From: Chroococcidiopsis thermalis PCC 7203
GTDB taxonomy: Bacteria > Cyanobacteriota > Cyanobacteriia > Cyanobacteriales > Chroococcidiopsidaceae
Direction of reading: 5' to 3'
Length of the DNA stretch: 64,000 nucleotides
Assembly: GCF_000317125.1 (NCBI RefSeq)
Contig: NC_019695.1
Location: 358,336-422,335 of the forward strand
How positions within the stretch are numbered: the stretch's first letter is position 1; the number at the start of each line of letters is the position of its first letter. Below the pieces are notes generated by a model, which saw only the letters and a list, made by a program, of their open reading frames with translations, had not been told where the DNA came from and ran no database searches. A program made the position numbers and the translations under genes. Positions 27,803-35,156 of this stretch are shown here, in pieces.

Positions 27803-28531
27803 TTAAACATTATCAAAACTACTAATAACGGGAAACCCTTCCGAATCTGATGTCCGATTGCCCGATCGCAGAGAAAAAAGCGTTCGCATTCCCGCTGCCT
27901 TAGCTGCTTTTAGTTCTGCCGTCACATCTGAAATAAACAGAATTTGTGTTGGTAACACTCCGATCGCTTGAGCAATCTTGCGATAACTTTCTGCCTCTTT
28001 TTTTGAGCCAGTTTCAGTATCAAAATAACCGCTCAAAAACCGAGTTAAATCGCCTGCTTCAGAATATTGAAATAACAATTTTTGTGCTTGAACGCTACCT
28101 GACGAAAAGATATACAATCGCTTACCCTCACGAATCCAACGTTCAAATGAAGGTTTAACATCGGGAAAAAGTTGCGATCGCAGCGTTCCATCTCGATAAC
28201 CGCTTTCCCAAATTTTCCCCTGTAACGATTTGAGTCCGGTAGATTTGCGATCGGTTGCTATTAAATAATGAATGTAAGGTACGGCGGCGGTTGCTGAATT
28301 ATCCACCCATTCAGGTACATTCAACCCCTGAGCAAAATCGGCTGCATACTCTTGCCGCAATCGCTCTAAATCTGCTTGTACTGCACTTTCCTGAAAATGA
28401 GTTTGCAAAAATGCTTCTACCTGCTTTTGAGCAAAAGGAAACAACACGCCGAAAACGTAATCAATCGGGGTTGTGGTTCCTTCAATATCGAGCAAAATAA
28501 TATCTGCACGAGCAGAATAGCGATCGGGCAT
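27803..28531 (-). CDS. mtnC: Enolase-phosphatase E1 (acireductone synthase), HAD family, methionine salvage
   Basis: N-terminal ILLDIEGTTTPI HAD motif I and FSSGSV motif. The length and C-terminal motifs match MtnC. Confidence 0.75.
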   Translation of the reverse strand: MPDRYSARADIILLDIEGTTTPIDYVFGVLFPFAQKQVEAFLQTHFQESAVQADLERLRQEYAADFAQGLNVPEWVDNSATAAVPYIHYLIATDRKSTGLKSLQGKIWESGYRDGTLRSQLFPDVKPSFERWIREGKRLYIFSSGSVQAQKLLFQYSEAGDLTRFLSGYFDTETGSKKEAESYRKIAQAIGVLPTQILFISDVTAELKAAKAAGMRTLFSLRSGNRTSDSEGFPVISSFDNV

Positions 28532-28687
28532 GGTTACACAGAAATAATTACATGCATCAACCCGATCCAGTATACATATAGGGAATACAGATATGGCAGT
28601 CCTACCTAATTTATGAAACTCAAGCTTTTTTAGCTACTCCCTGCTATATTTGCTAACACACCCTTTTCGTTACAATGAGAATATCTG

Positions 28688-28996
28688 TTGCAATACTTCT
28701 CTATGAGTCAACCTACTGCATCGATCAACACCAAACTCATTGACTCTCTGGCTCAAATTATCCTTTCCCTCACCGACGAGGAGCGCCAACTTCTGGCGCA
28801 AAAAATTCAACATTCACCGTTGTCTGAGGAAGAGCATCAACATAAAAAAGAAGCTTTACAACGAGATATTACTTTGGGTGTGGAACAACTCAAGAACGGC
28901 GACTACACCGAGTATAACGATTCCTCACTACCCAACTTATTTGAAAATATTAAGAGACGCGCTAAACAAAGACTTGAGCAGGAGCCAGCTCAGTGA
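28688..28996 (+). CDS. parD: ParD-family type II antitoxin
   Basis: GVEQLKNGDYTEYNDSSLPNLFENIKRRAKQR resembles the ParD/CC2985-type antitoxin C-terminus. ATGA overlap with the downstream toxin. Confidence 0.6.
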   Translation: MQYFSMSQPTASINTKLIDSLAQIILSLTDEERQLLAQKIQHSPLSEEEHQHKKEALQRDITLGVEQLKNGDYTEYNDSSLPNLFENIKRRAKQRLEQEPAQ

Positions 28997-29283
28997 ATCG
29001 CTTCCGTCTTTCACAACAGGCAGAACAAGACTTGGAAGATATCTGGGTTTATCTAGCACGACAGAATGAACTTTTAGCGGACAAACAGATTGCCCAAATA
29101 TTAGACCGATTCCCTATGTTATCTCAATTTCCTGATATGGGTAAACAGCGTAACAATTTACTCCCTGGACTTCGGAGCTTTCCCGTTCAGCCCTACATCG
29201 TTTTTTATACTAAAATTGCGGATGGCATCGAAATTGTTAGAGTCTTGCACCAATTTAGAGATATTGACAGCCAGTTGTCGTAA
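28993..29283 (+). CDS. parE: RelE/ParE-family type II toxin
   Basis: 96 aa; the QAEQDLEDIWVY...IVFYTKIADGIEIVRVLH pattern is typical of ParE toxins. Confidence 0.7.
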   Translation: MNRFRLSQQAEQDLEDIWVYLARQNELLADKQIAQILDRFPMLSQFPDMGKQRNNLLPGLRSFPVQPYIVFYTKIADGIEIVRVLHQFRDIDSQLS

Positions 29284-29376
29284 TTTGGCGATCGCATTAG
29301 TAGAATGAGCAGCGCCTTCTACATTAATTAAATCAGTAACTTACTACAGGAGTGCCAGTAGCTACCAGAGAAAAGT

Positions 29377-30420
29377 ATGGTTGTTAAACATCAAGCTACT
29401 ATTCCACGCTTAACTGAAGGTAGTATCGAACAGTTACGCAAGAGAGGATTACCTGAATGCAACACTGATGAAGAAATAGCATTAGCAATGGGAATCAGCG
29501 TCGAAAAGCTGCATTTTTTAGCTGGCGATCGCTCTATATCTTCTACTTCACTTTATTCCCGCTTTCAGATTTCCAAAAAAACAGGTGCAGCGAGAACAAT
29601 TACTGCACCAACGCCCGAACTAAAAGCTGCTCAAAGATGGATTTTAAAGCATATTTTAGATAAGATAGAAATTCACGATGCAGCTCATGGTTTTTGTCGC
29701 GATCGCTCTATTGTTACCAATGCCACACCGCATGTAGGTAGAGATGTAATAGTAAAACTCGATCTACAAAACTTTTTTCAATTAATTACATATAAACGTG
29801 TCAAAGAATTATTTCATGGTTTTGGTTATTCTGAAACTGCGGCAACAATTTTTGGATTAATCTGTACGATCGCGACAACAAATAATAGTAATAAAACGAG
29901 CTGTAAAAATATAGAAAAACGTCACTTACCTGAAGGTGCGCCAACCAGCCCTGCTATTTCAAATCTGGTTTGCGATCGCCTCGATACGCATTTAACTAAA
30001 CTTGCCAATAATCTTGGATTTCGCTATACACGTTATGCCGACGATCTAACATTTTCTTGTTATGGAGCAGCTCATAAAGTAGATAAATTAATTCAAGAAA
30101 GTAAATCGATCGTTACTCAAGAAAGCTTTACAGTTAATTCTGATAAAACTCAAGTTTTAAGCAAATCTGTACAACAAATAGTCACGGGTATTGTGGTAAA
30201 CCAACAATTAAATCTATCTCGAAAAACGTTGAAAGCTTTCCGAGCTACTTTGTATCAAATCGAACGAGAAGGTTTATCAGGTAAAAAATGGGGGAATTCA
30301 AATAATTTAATTGCTACAATTACTGGGTTTGCTAACTACGTAGCAATGGTTAACCCCAGCAAAGGCGCAGAATTTTTAGCATCAGTAGAACGGATTAAAC
30401 AGAAATGCGATCGCTCCTAA
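29377..30420 (+). CDS. Retron-type reverse transcriptase (Ec86/retron-Eco1-like)
   Basis: Clear colinear similarity to the Ec86 RT as I recall it: LRKRGLP..ISVEKL, ELKAAQRWILKHILDK, NATPHVGRDVIVKLDLQNFF, LPEGAPTSPAISNLVCDRLD, YTRYADDLTFS (YADD) and the retron-specific VTG motif (IVTGIVVNQ). Confidence 0.85.
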   Translation: MVVKHQATIPRLTEGSIEQLRKRGLPECNTDEEIALAMGISVEKLHFLAGDRSISSTSLYSRFQISKKTGAARTITAPTPELKAAQRWILKHILDKIEIHDAAHGFCRDRSIVTNATPHVGRDVIVKLDLQNFFQLITYKRVKELFHGFGYSETAATIFGLICTIATTNNSNKTSCKNIEKRHLPEGAPTSPAISNLVCDRLDTHLTKLANNLGFRYTRYADDLTFSCYGAAHKVDKLIQESKSIVTQESFTVNSDKTQVLSKSVQQIVTGIVVNQQLNLSRKTLKAFRATLYQIEREGLSGKKWGNSNNLIATITGFANYVAMVNPSKGAEFLASVERIKQKCDRS

Positions 30421-30597
30421 GTTGTGAATAAAATATACAACTTGAGTAATTTCTCGCTTGCTATTTGCGGTTGTTGTGTTAAATTTATACCGAAGTAGTT
30501 GTAAAGTTACAAAGCTGTAGTACGGGTTCTGCATACCCGACTGGTACGCTGACTCATAGTATAAGCGTATACCGCAAAGTACTTTAGCTATTGCACC

Positions 30598-30669
30598 GTT
30601 TGATTAGCTCAGTTGGTAAGAGCGCCTGCTGTATGCGGGATGACCCAGGTTCAAATCCTGTATCAAACC
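30598..30669 (+). ncRNA. tRNA-like element 1 (pseudo-tRNA; anticodon loop reduced to 5 nt)
   Basis: Hand-folded: acceptor GTTTGAT/ATCAAAC, U8, D-arm GCTC-AGTTGGTAA-GAGC, T-arm CCAGG-TTCAAAT-CCTGT. The anticodon arm folds only as CCTGC-tgtat-GCGGG, a 5-nt loop. Confidence 0.5.
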
Positions 30670-30671
30670 CC

Positions 30672-30745
30672 CGAAAGTTAGCTCATTTGGTTAGAGCAAT
30701 CGGTGTATCGCCGATTGGTAGCAGGTTCGATTCCTGTACTTTCTC
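30672..30745 (+). ncRNA. tRNA-like element 2 (non-canonical anticodon loop UGUAUCG, no U33)
   Basis: Acceptor cGAAAGT/ACTTTCt with a mismatched first pair, D-arm GCTC-ATTTGGTTA-GAGC, anticodon stem ATCGG/CCGAT with loop TGTATCG, T-arm GCAGG-TTCGATT-CCTGT. Confidence 0.5.
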
Positions 30746-31207
30746 CAAAATCCCCTCGTCCTGGGTACGGACACCTTGTTAGGGACAAGGCAATTTAACG
30801 GATACAGGTTAGGCGAAGTCTAACGCTGGACGTGTTTGTTTGATGAGTTCGTGAATTACTCTGTCATGCAGGTGTTTTATTGCAGTTCAGGAGCCAGCGC
30901 AAATGTAATTCTCTCTAACTTGAGTATGTCCTTCGTTTTCCCAATCCGATTCTCTACAGAGACTCTGGCACAGGCAAATCGAACGGCGTATTTGAGCGTT
31001 GTTGGCTTTGGTTGAATTACCTTCGGGTGTTCTGGCAAGGTTACAGCACTCTTCATCCAGTTTTGGAGAATCTTTTGCCCGCACCAAGATTGTTAACCCC
31101 TGTACTGGCAGAGTAAAACATATTTTTGTATTATATGTAGTATACCGAAATTATCTTGCTAAGGGTTGTAAGCTCCTGGTTAGTAGCTAAAGCTGCCAAA
31201 AAGACGA

Positions 31208-32794
31208 ATGTTCTTATCTAATCTTCTCCGGCGGGTACAGTTGCCCAAATTATCGATTCAAATTTCTATGTGGAAAACCTTTTACATCAAGCCTAACGAA
31301 ATCGGAATTTTATATTACCGCAGCGATTTTAAGAAGATTTTACAGCCAGGAACTTACACTTATTTGGGTCGCCACTGGCAAGTCAAAACTTATGACTTGA
31401 ACCAGCCAGAAGTTAAGATTGAAAATTTAGAATTATTGCTCAGAACCCACGAAGCCGAATTACAAGAGCATCTATTAATTATTAGAACAGCATTTAACCA
31501 AGCTGCTTTAGTACGCTGCGGTCAAACCTGGATAAGTGTCATGCCAAATCAACTACGTGCTTTTTGGCGTGGCTTTATTGAGGTAGAATCTCATATTTTC
31601 AATTTAGAAGAAAGTCTAGAATTACCTGCTGAATTTGTTCAGCAATTGCGCGGACTTGCCATAAACGGATTGAAAAAATTCCAAATTTCAGAGTATGAAA
31701 TTGGCTTGCTATACGTTCAAAATAACTTTATTAGACCTCTAGAACAAGGGGAATATGCTTTTTGGACTGTAAATCGGGATGTTGCACTAAGAACTCTCAG
31801 CCGGATCGTACCTAACCCAGACTTTCCACTAGAAGATGTAATGATTGAACAACATCCTGAGTTTGTTTCAGCCTATTGCGAAGTCGTACAATTACAAGAT
31901 CGACAAGTAGCAATTGTCCGGTATTTGGGTAAAGTTATTGCTATTTTGCCACCTACAAGCCGCAAGTTATTTTGGCGCGGTGTGGAATTGGAAATGATCG
32001 ATATTAGTAGCAATGCTAAATTATCGCCTAATTTAGTAGCAGAATTGTTGGCAGGTTCTAAAGAAGTTCTATTACTAAGCCATAACAGTTTGCACGTTCG
32101 AGAAGTACCCGCGCAGCACGTTGGTTTATTGTATGTAAATCAAGAATTTCAAGCTTTACTAGAGCCAGGAATACATGCTTGGTGGTTGTATGGACGCTCC
32201 TTTCAAACTGAAGTGATTGACATGCGTTTGCAAAATATCGAGGTATCCGGTCAAGATATTCTATCAAAAGATAAAGTTCCTCTACGCTTGAACTTAACTG
32301 CTGGTTTTCGCATTCAAGATCCGCTGAGAGCAAAAAATGGTTTATCAGATATTTCTAGTTTCTTGTATAAAGAATTACAGTTTGCTTTACGTGCAGCAGT
32401 TGGCGAACAAACTTTGGATGCACTATTAGAAAATAAAGGTGCGATCGATCGCAGTGTTGCTGAATACATTCGTAGCAAAACCGCAGACTATGGAATTGAA
32501 GTTGATTCTGTCGGGGTGAAAGATATAATTTTACCTGGCGAGATTAAGACAATATTGAGCAAGGTAGTAGAAGCGGAAAAAGCTGCTCAAGCAAACGTAG
32601 TTAGACGCAGAGAAGAAACCGCAGCTACTCGCAGTATGTTAAATACTGCAAAAGTGATGGAAGATAACCCTGTTGCTTTGCGTTTGAAAGAATTGGAGGT
32701 ATTAGAACGAATTGCAGAAAAGATCGATCGCATTCAAGTTAATGGCAGTTTAGATAGTATTTTGACCGAATTAATTCAGATTAATCGGCAATAA
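31208..32794 (+). CDS. SPFH/band-7 (stomatin/prohibitin-like) protein with three degenerate N-terminal SPFH-N repeats
   Basis: The C-terminal half is a canonical band-7 domain plus coiled coil (KDIILPGEIKTILSKVVEAEKAAQANVVRRREETAA). The N-terminal 300 aa hold three repeats of an E(I/Y)G(I/L)LY...PG(T/E/I) motif. Confidence 0.75.
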   Translation: MFLSNLLRRVQLPKLSIQISMWKTFYIKPNEIGILYYRSDFKKILQPGTYTYLGRHWQVKTYDLNQPEVKIENLELLLRTHEAELQEHLLIIRTAFNQAALVRCGQTWISVMPNQLRAFWRGFIEVESHIFNLEESLELPAEFVQQLRGLAINGLKKFQISEYEIGLLYVQNNFIRPLEQGEYAFWTVNRDVALRTLSRIVPNPDFPLEDVMIEQHPEFVSAYCEVVQLQDRQVAIVRYLGKVIAILPPTSRKLFWRGVELEMIDISSNAKLSPNLVAELLAGSKEVLLLSHNSLHVREVPAQHVGLLYVNQEFQALLEPGIHAWWLYGRSFQTEVIDMRLQNIEVSGQDILSKDKVPLRLNLTAGFRIQDPLRAKNGLSDISSFLYKELQFALRAAVGEQTLDALLENKGAIDRSVAEYIRSKTADYGIEVDSVGVKDIILPGEIKTILSKVVEAEKAAQANVVRRREETAATRSMLNTAKVMEDNPVALRLKELEVLERIAEKIDRIQVNGSLDSILTELIQINRQ

Positions 32795-32895
32795 CCATAT
32801 TACTGTAGGGGCGGGTTCACTAGAAATTTCCATACACATATGAAGAACTCTATTAACCCGCCCTCATATGATTTGGGATCAACCGATCGCCAGAA

Positions 32896-33999
32896 TTAAT
32901 AATAAAATTTAGCAATTTTTTGGGCGATCGCACCCCATTTAGAATTTTGAGTCACAGCTGCCCAATAAGCAAAGCCGCGAATTGCCATGTTGTGATCGAC
33001 GGCTTTCACCTTGCCAGTTCGTCCGGTTTCCTGCCCTGCGGTGCGAGTATTGCCCTGAGTGCTAATTTCTCCTGAAGCTAAAACTCTGGTTTGCTGCCAT
33101 GCTAAGGCTTTCTCAATCGCTGTTTTTACTTTTGGCGTGAGGGGATCGTCTGGAAAGTAAGTCACCCACCGCTGAGCATACACTACACCTACCATTTGAT
33201 AACTACTATCATGCCCGCCTTTTTCTGGATTAATCCCATTTGGACGCTGTAAAGTTAAGCCTTCCTGAAGTGACTGACGGGCATATTTCATCAACTCTGC
33301 ATCCCCAGTTAGTTTGCTGGTTAACCCCAAGGCTACTGCAACTGCATATCGGCGATGGGTGTAAGGCTGGTTGCGTTTAATTCCCTGTTTCCAGACATCT
33401 TGAGAAATCATCCAACGGGCAGCATGTCTAACCAAAGGCTTGTAACGCGATACTTGTGCTGCATACTTATTTGCTTGGGGAGACTGCTGGATGACTAAGA
33501 GACTATGGGCAACTGCTTGTACAAAGAACGAAGTACTATGGAAAGGATCGCCTGTTCCCTTAAAACTACCGTCCGCAGCCTGTTGCTTGAATCCCCAGTC
33601 AAACATTCTGAATCCCGCTTGGATGGCTTTAGGATTGTTGCTGACTAACCCACCAATCACCAATCCTTCACCGTAGCGTTGCGCTTCAATATACCATTTG
33701 TTTGTCCGATGACGCTCCCAGTCGATGTTGGTACTATGCGCCCCACTCGGTGATATAGCATTATATGACTTAGAAAGGCGACGGTAGAGAGAATTGCTAA
33801 TGAGATTGGATGACTCGTAGTGAAAGTCTGTACGCTTTCTATTTCTCTGAGTTGGGGGAGTTGAAATCGGACGTTTAGCAACATCAAATTGAGATATGCG
33901 ATCGCGTGTATCTGTCAAAATTAATGGAGAGGCGATCGCTTTTTCCCCAATTTGTACTGAGAATAGTAATAGCATCGCCAACAAACTGCGTACTTTCAC
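32896..33999 (-). CDS. Secreted hypothetical protein, possibly polysaccharide-active
   Basis: Signal peptide. The only functional hint is its position at the end of the glycosyltransferase cluster. Confidence 0.4.
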   Translation of the reverse strand: MKVRSLLAMLLLFSVQIGEKAIASPLILTDTRDRISQFDVAKRPISTPPTQRNRKRTDFHYESSNLISNSLYRRLSKSYNAISPSGAHSTNIDWERHRTNKWYIEAQRYGEGLVIGGLVSNNPKAIQAGFRMFDWGFKQQAADGSFKGTGDPFHSTSFFVQAVAHSLLVIQQSPQANKYAAQVSRYKPLVRHAARWMISQDVWKQGIKRNQPYTHRRYAVAVALGLTSKLTGDAELMKYARQSLQEGLTLQRPNGINPEKGGHDSSYQMVGVVYAQRWVTYFPDDPLTPKVKTAIEKALAWQQTRVLASGEISTQGNTRTAGQETGRTGKVKAVDHNMAIRGFAYWAAVTQNSKWGAIAQKIAKFYY

Positions 34000-34009
34000 T
34001 TCCTACTCC

Positions 34010-34978
34010 CTATTTATTCCCTTGTCTAACTTGCTGAAAACCTGTAGAGTCCAACAGTAAAACAACTGCTCCAGGCAAACTTAACATCCAACCCAAAACT
34101 GTAATTGTGAGAGACAACAATAGAGCTTGTTCTACTGAAAGACCAATCCGACTAAATAAATAAGCCCATAATCCTTCTTTTAGTCCAATTCCGCCTAAAG
34201 ATATCGGTAGTAAAGTTACTACTACAATTATTGGAATAAAAACTAAGAGTTCCAAATAAGAAATTGGAATTTTTAACTGATGGGCAACTAAGTAATGATA
34301 ATAAACTATAGCTAACTGTAGTAAAAGTGACAGTCCCATTGATAACAACAAAGCTTGGCGATGTTGGGCAAATGTGCGTAAGAGAATTTGAATTTTTGCA
34401 AACCGAGCCGCTACTGAACTCAGCCGAAACTTGATGAGCCAAGGTTCTGCCCAAATTAATAACTTTGGGCTGGCTATCAGTAAAACTGCTCCGACTAGCG
34501 AACCAACACAAGCTGCAAATAAGAGCAGAATATCCCAGCGTCCAATCAATTTAAAAGCAGGCACTAAGCCAATGACTGCTAACCCAGAAAGGGCAGCAAG
34601 TCCGGTAAATCTTTCTAGAAAAACAGATACAAGTGCTACTTCTGAATCTTTAGTCGATTGCGCGACTCGATAAACTCGATAGACATCTCCGCCTAGTGCG
34701 CCTGGGAGGAAAATATTCAAAAACATTCCAGCGAAATAACTACTGAGTAAACTACTCATTGGTGCAGAATGTCCGCTAGACCACAAAACAACTTGCCAAC
34801 GCCAACAACTCAGCAGTTGACAACCCGTGTAGAATAGCAAAGCAAAGATAATAAAAGATGGAGATAGGTACTGAAATTGTACCCAGACTTGATACAAATC
34901 CATCCGAGTTAATACTAAAGCTAGTATTCCTGCGCTAACAATAATTTTGATTAACAATATTGGTTTTGTCTTCATCAT
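34010..34978 (-). CDS. Lysylphosphatidylglycerol-synthase-TM-region (UPF0104) family membrane protein, flippase-like
   Basis: About 8 TM helices. Proteins of this family are commonly paired with GT2 polyprenyl-phosphate sugar synthases. Confidence 0.55.
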   Translation of the reverse strand: MMKTKPILLIKIIVSAGILALVLTRMDLYQVWVQFQYLSPSFIIFALLFYTGCQLLSCWRWQVVLWSSGHSAPMSSLLSSYFAGMFLNIFLPGALGGDVYRVYRVAQSTKDSEVALVSVFLERFTGLAALSGLAVIGLVPAFKLIGRWDILLLFAACVGSLVGAVLLIASPKLLIWAEPWLIKFRLSSVAARFAKIQILLRTFAQHRQALLLSMGLSLLLQLAIVYYHYLVAHQLKIPISYLELLVFIPIIVVVTLLPISLGGIGLKEGLWAYLFSRIGLSVEQALLLSLTITVLGWMLSLPGAVVLLLDSTGFQQVRQGNK

Positions 34979-35077
34979 TTACCTCAAAAAATGGTAATGT
35001 GCTTTAACAATCAATGGATAGAGATTATAAAAATTTACCAAATAGTACTATCAATTCTTTACGACTACGCCGCAGAA

Positions 35078-35112
35078 GATCCCCCCAACCCCCCTTAAAA
35101 AGGGGGGCTATG
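35078..35112. repeat. Dispersed palindromic element GATCCCCCCAACCCCCCTTAAAAAGGGGGGC
   Basis: Same family as 17634-17700 and 47804-47912. Confidence 0.7.
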
Positions 35113-35156
35113 AGAGACGGATTTTTGCAAGAATAAATAGAATTGGTATGACAAAT

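Noticed and set aside
28255-28609. Plus-strand ORFs 28255-28500 and 28376-28609 at the mtnC 5' region
   Set aside because: They are antisense to mtnC or sit in its promoter region, and have no features.
30887-31190. Short ORFs 30887-31087 (-) and 30999-31190 (+) in the degenerate stretch downstream of the tRNA-like pair
   Set aside because: They overlap each other, have no RBS or start context, and show only vague similarity to anything. I treated the region as non-coding or decayed rather than calling genes or a transposase fragment.
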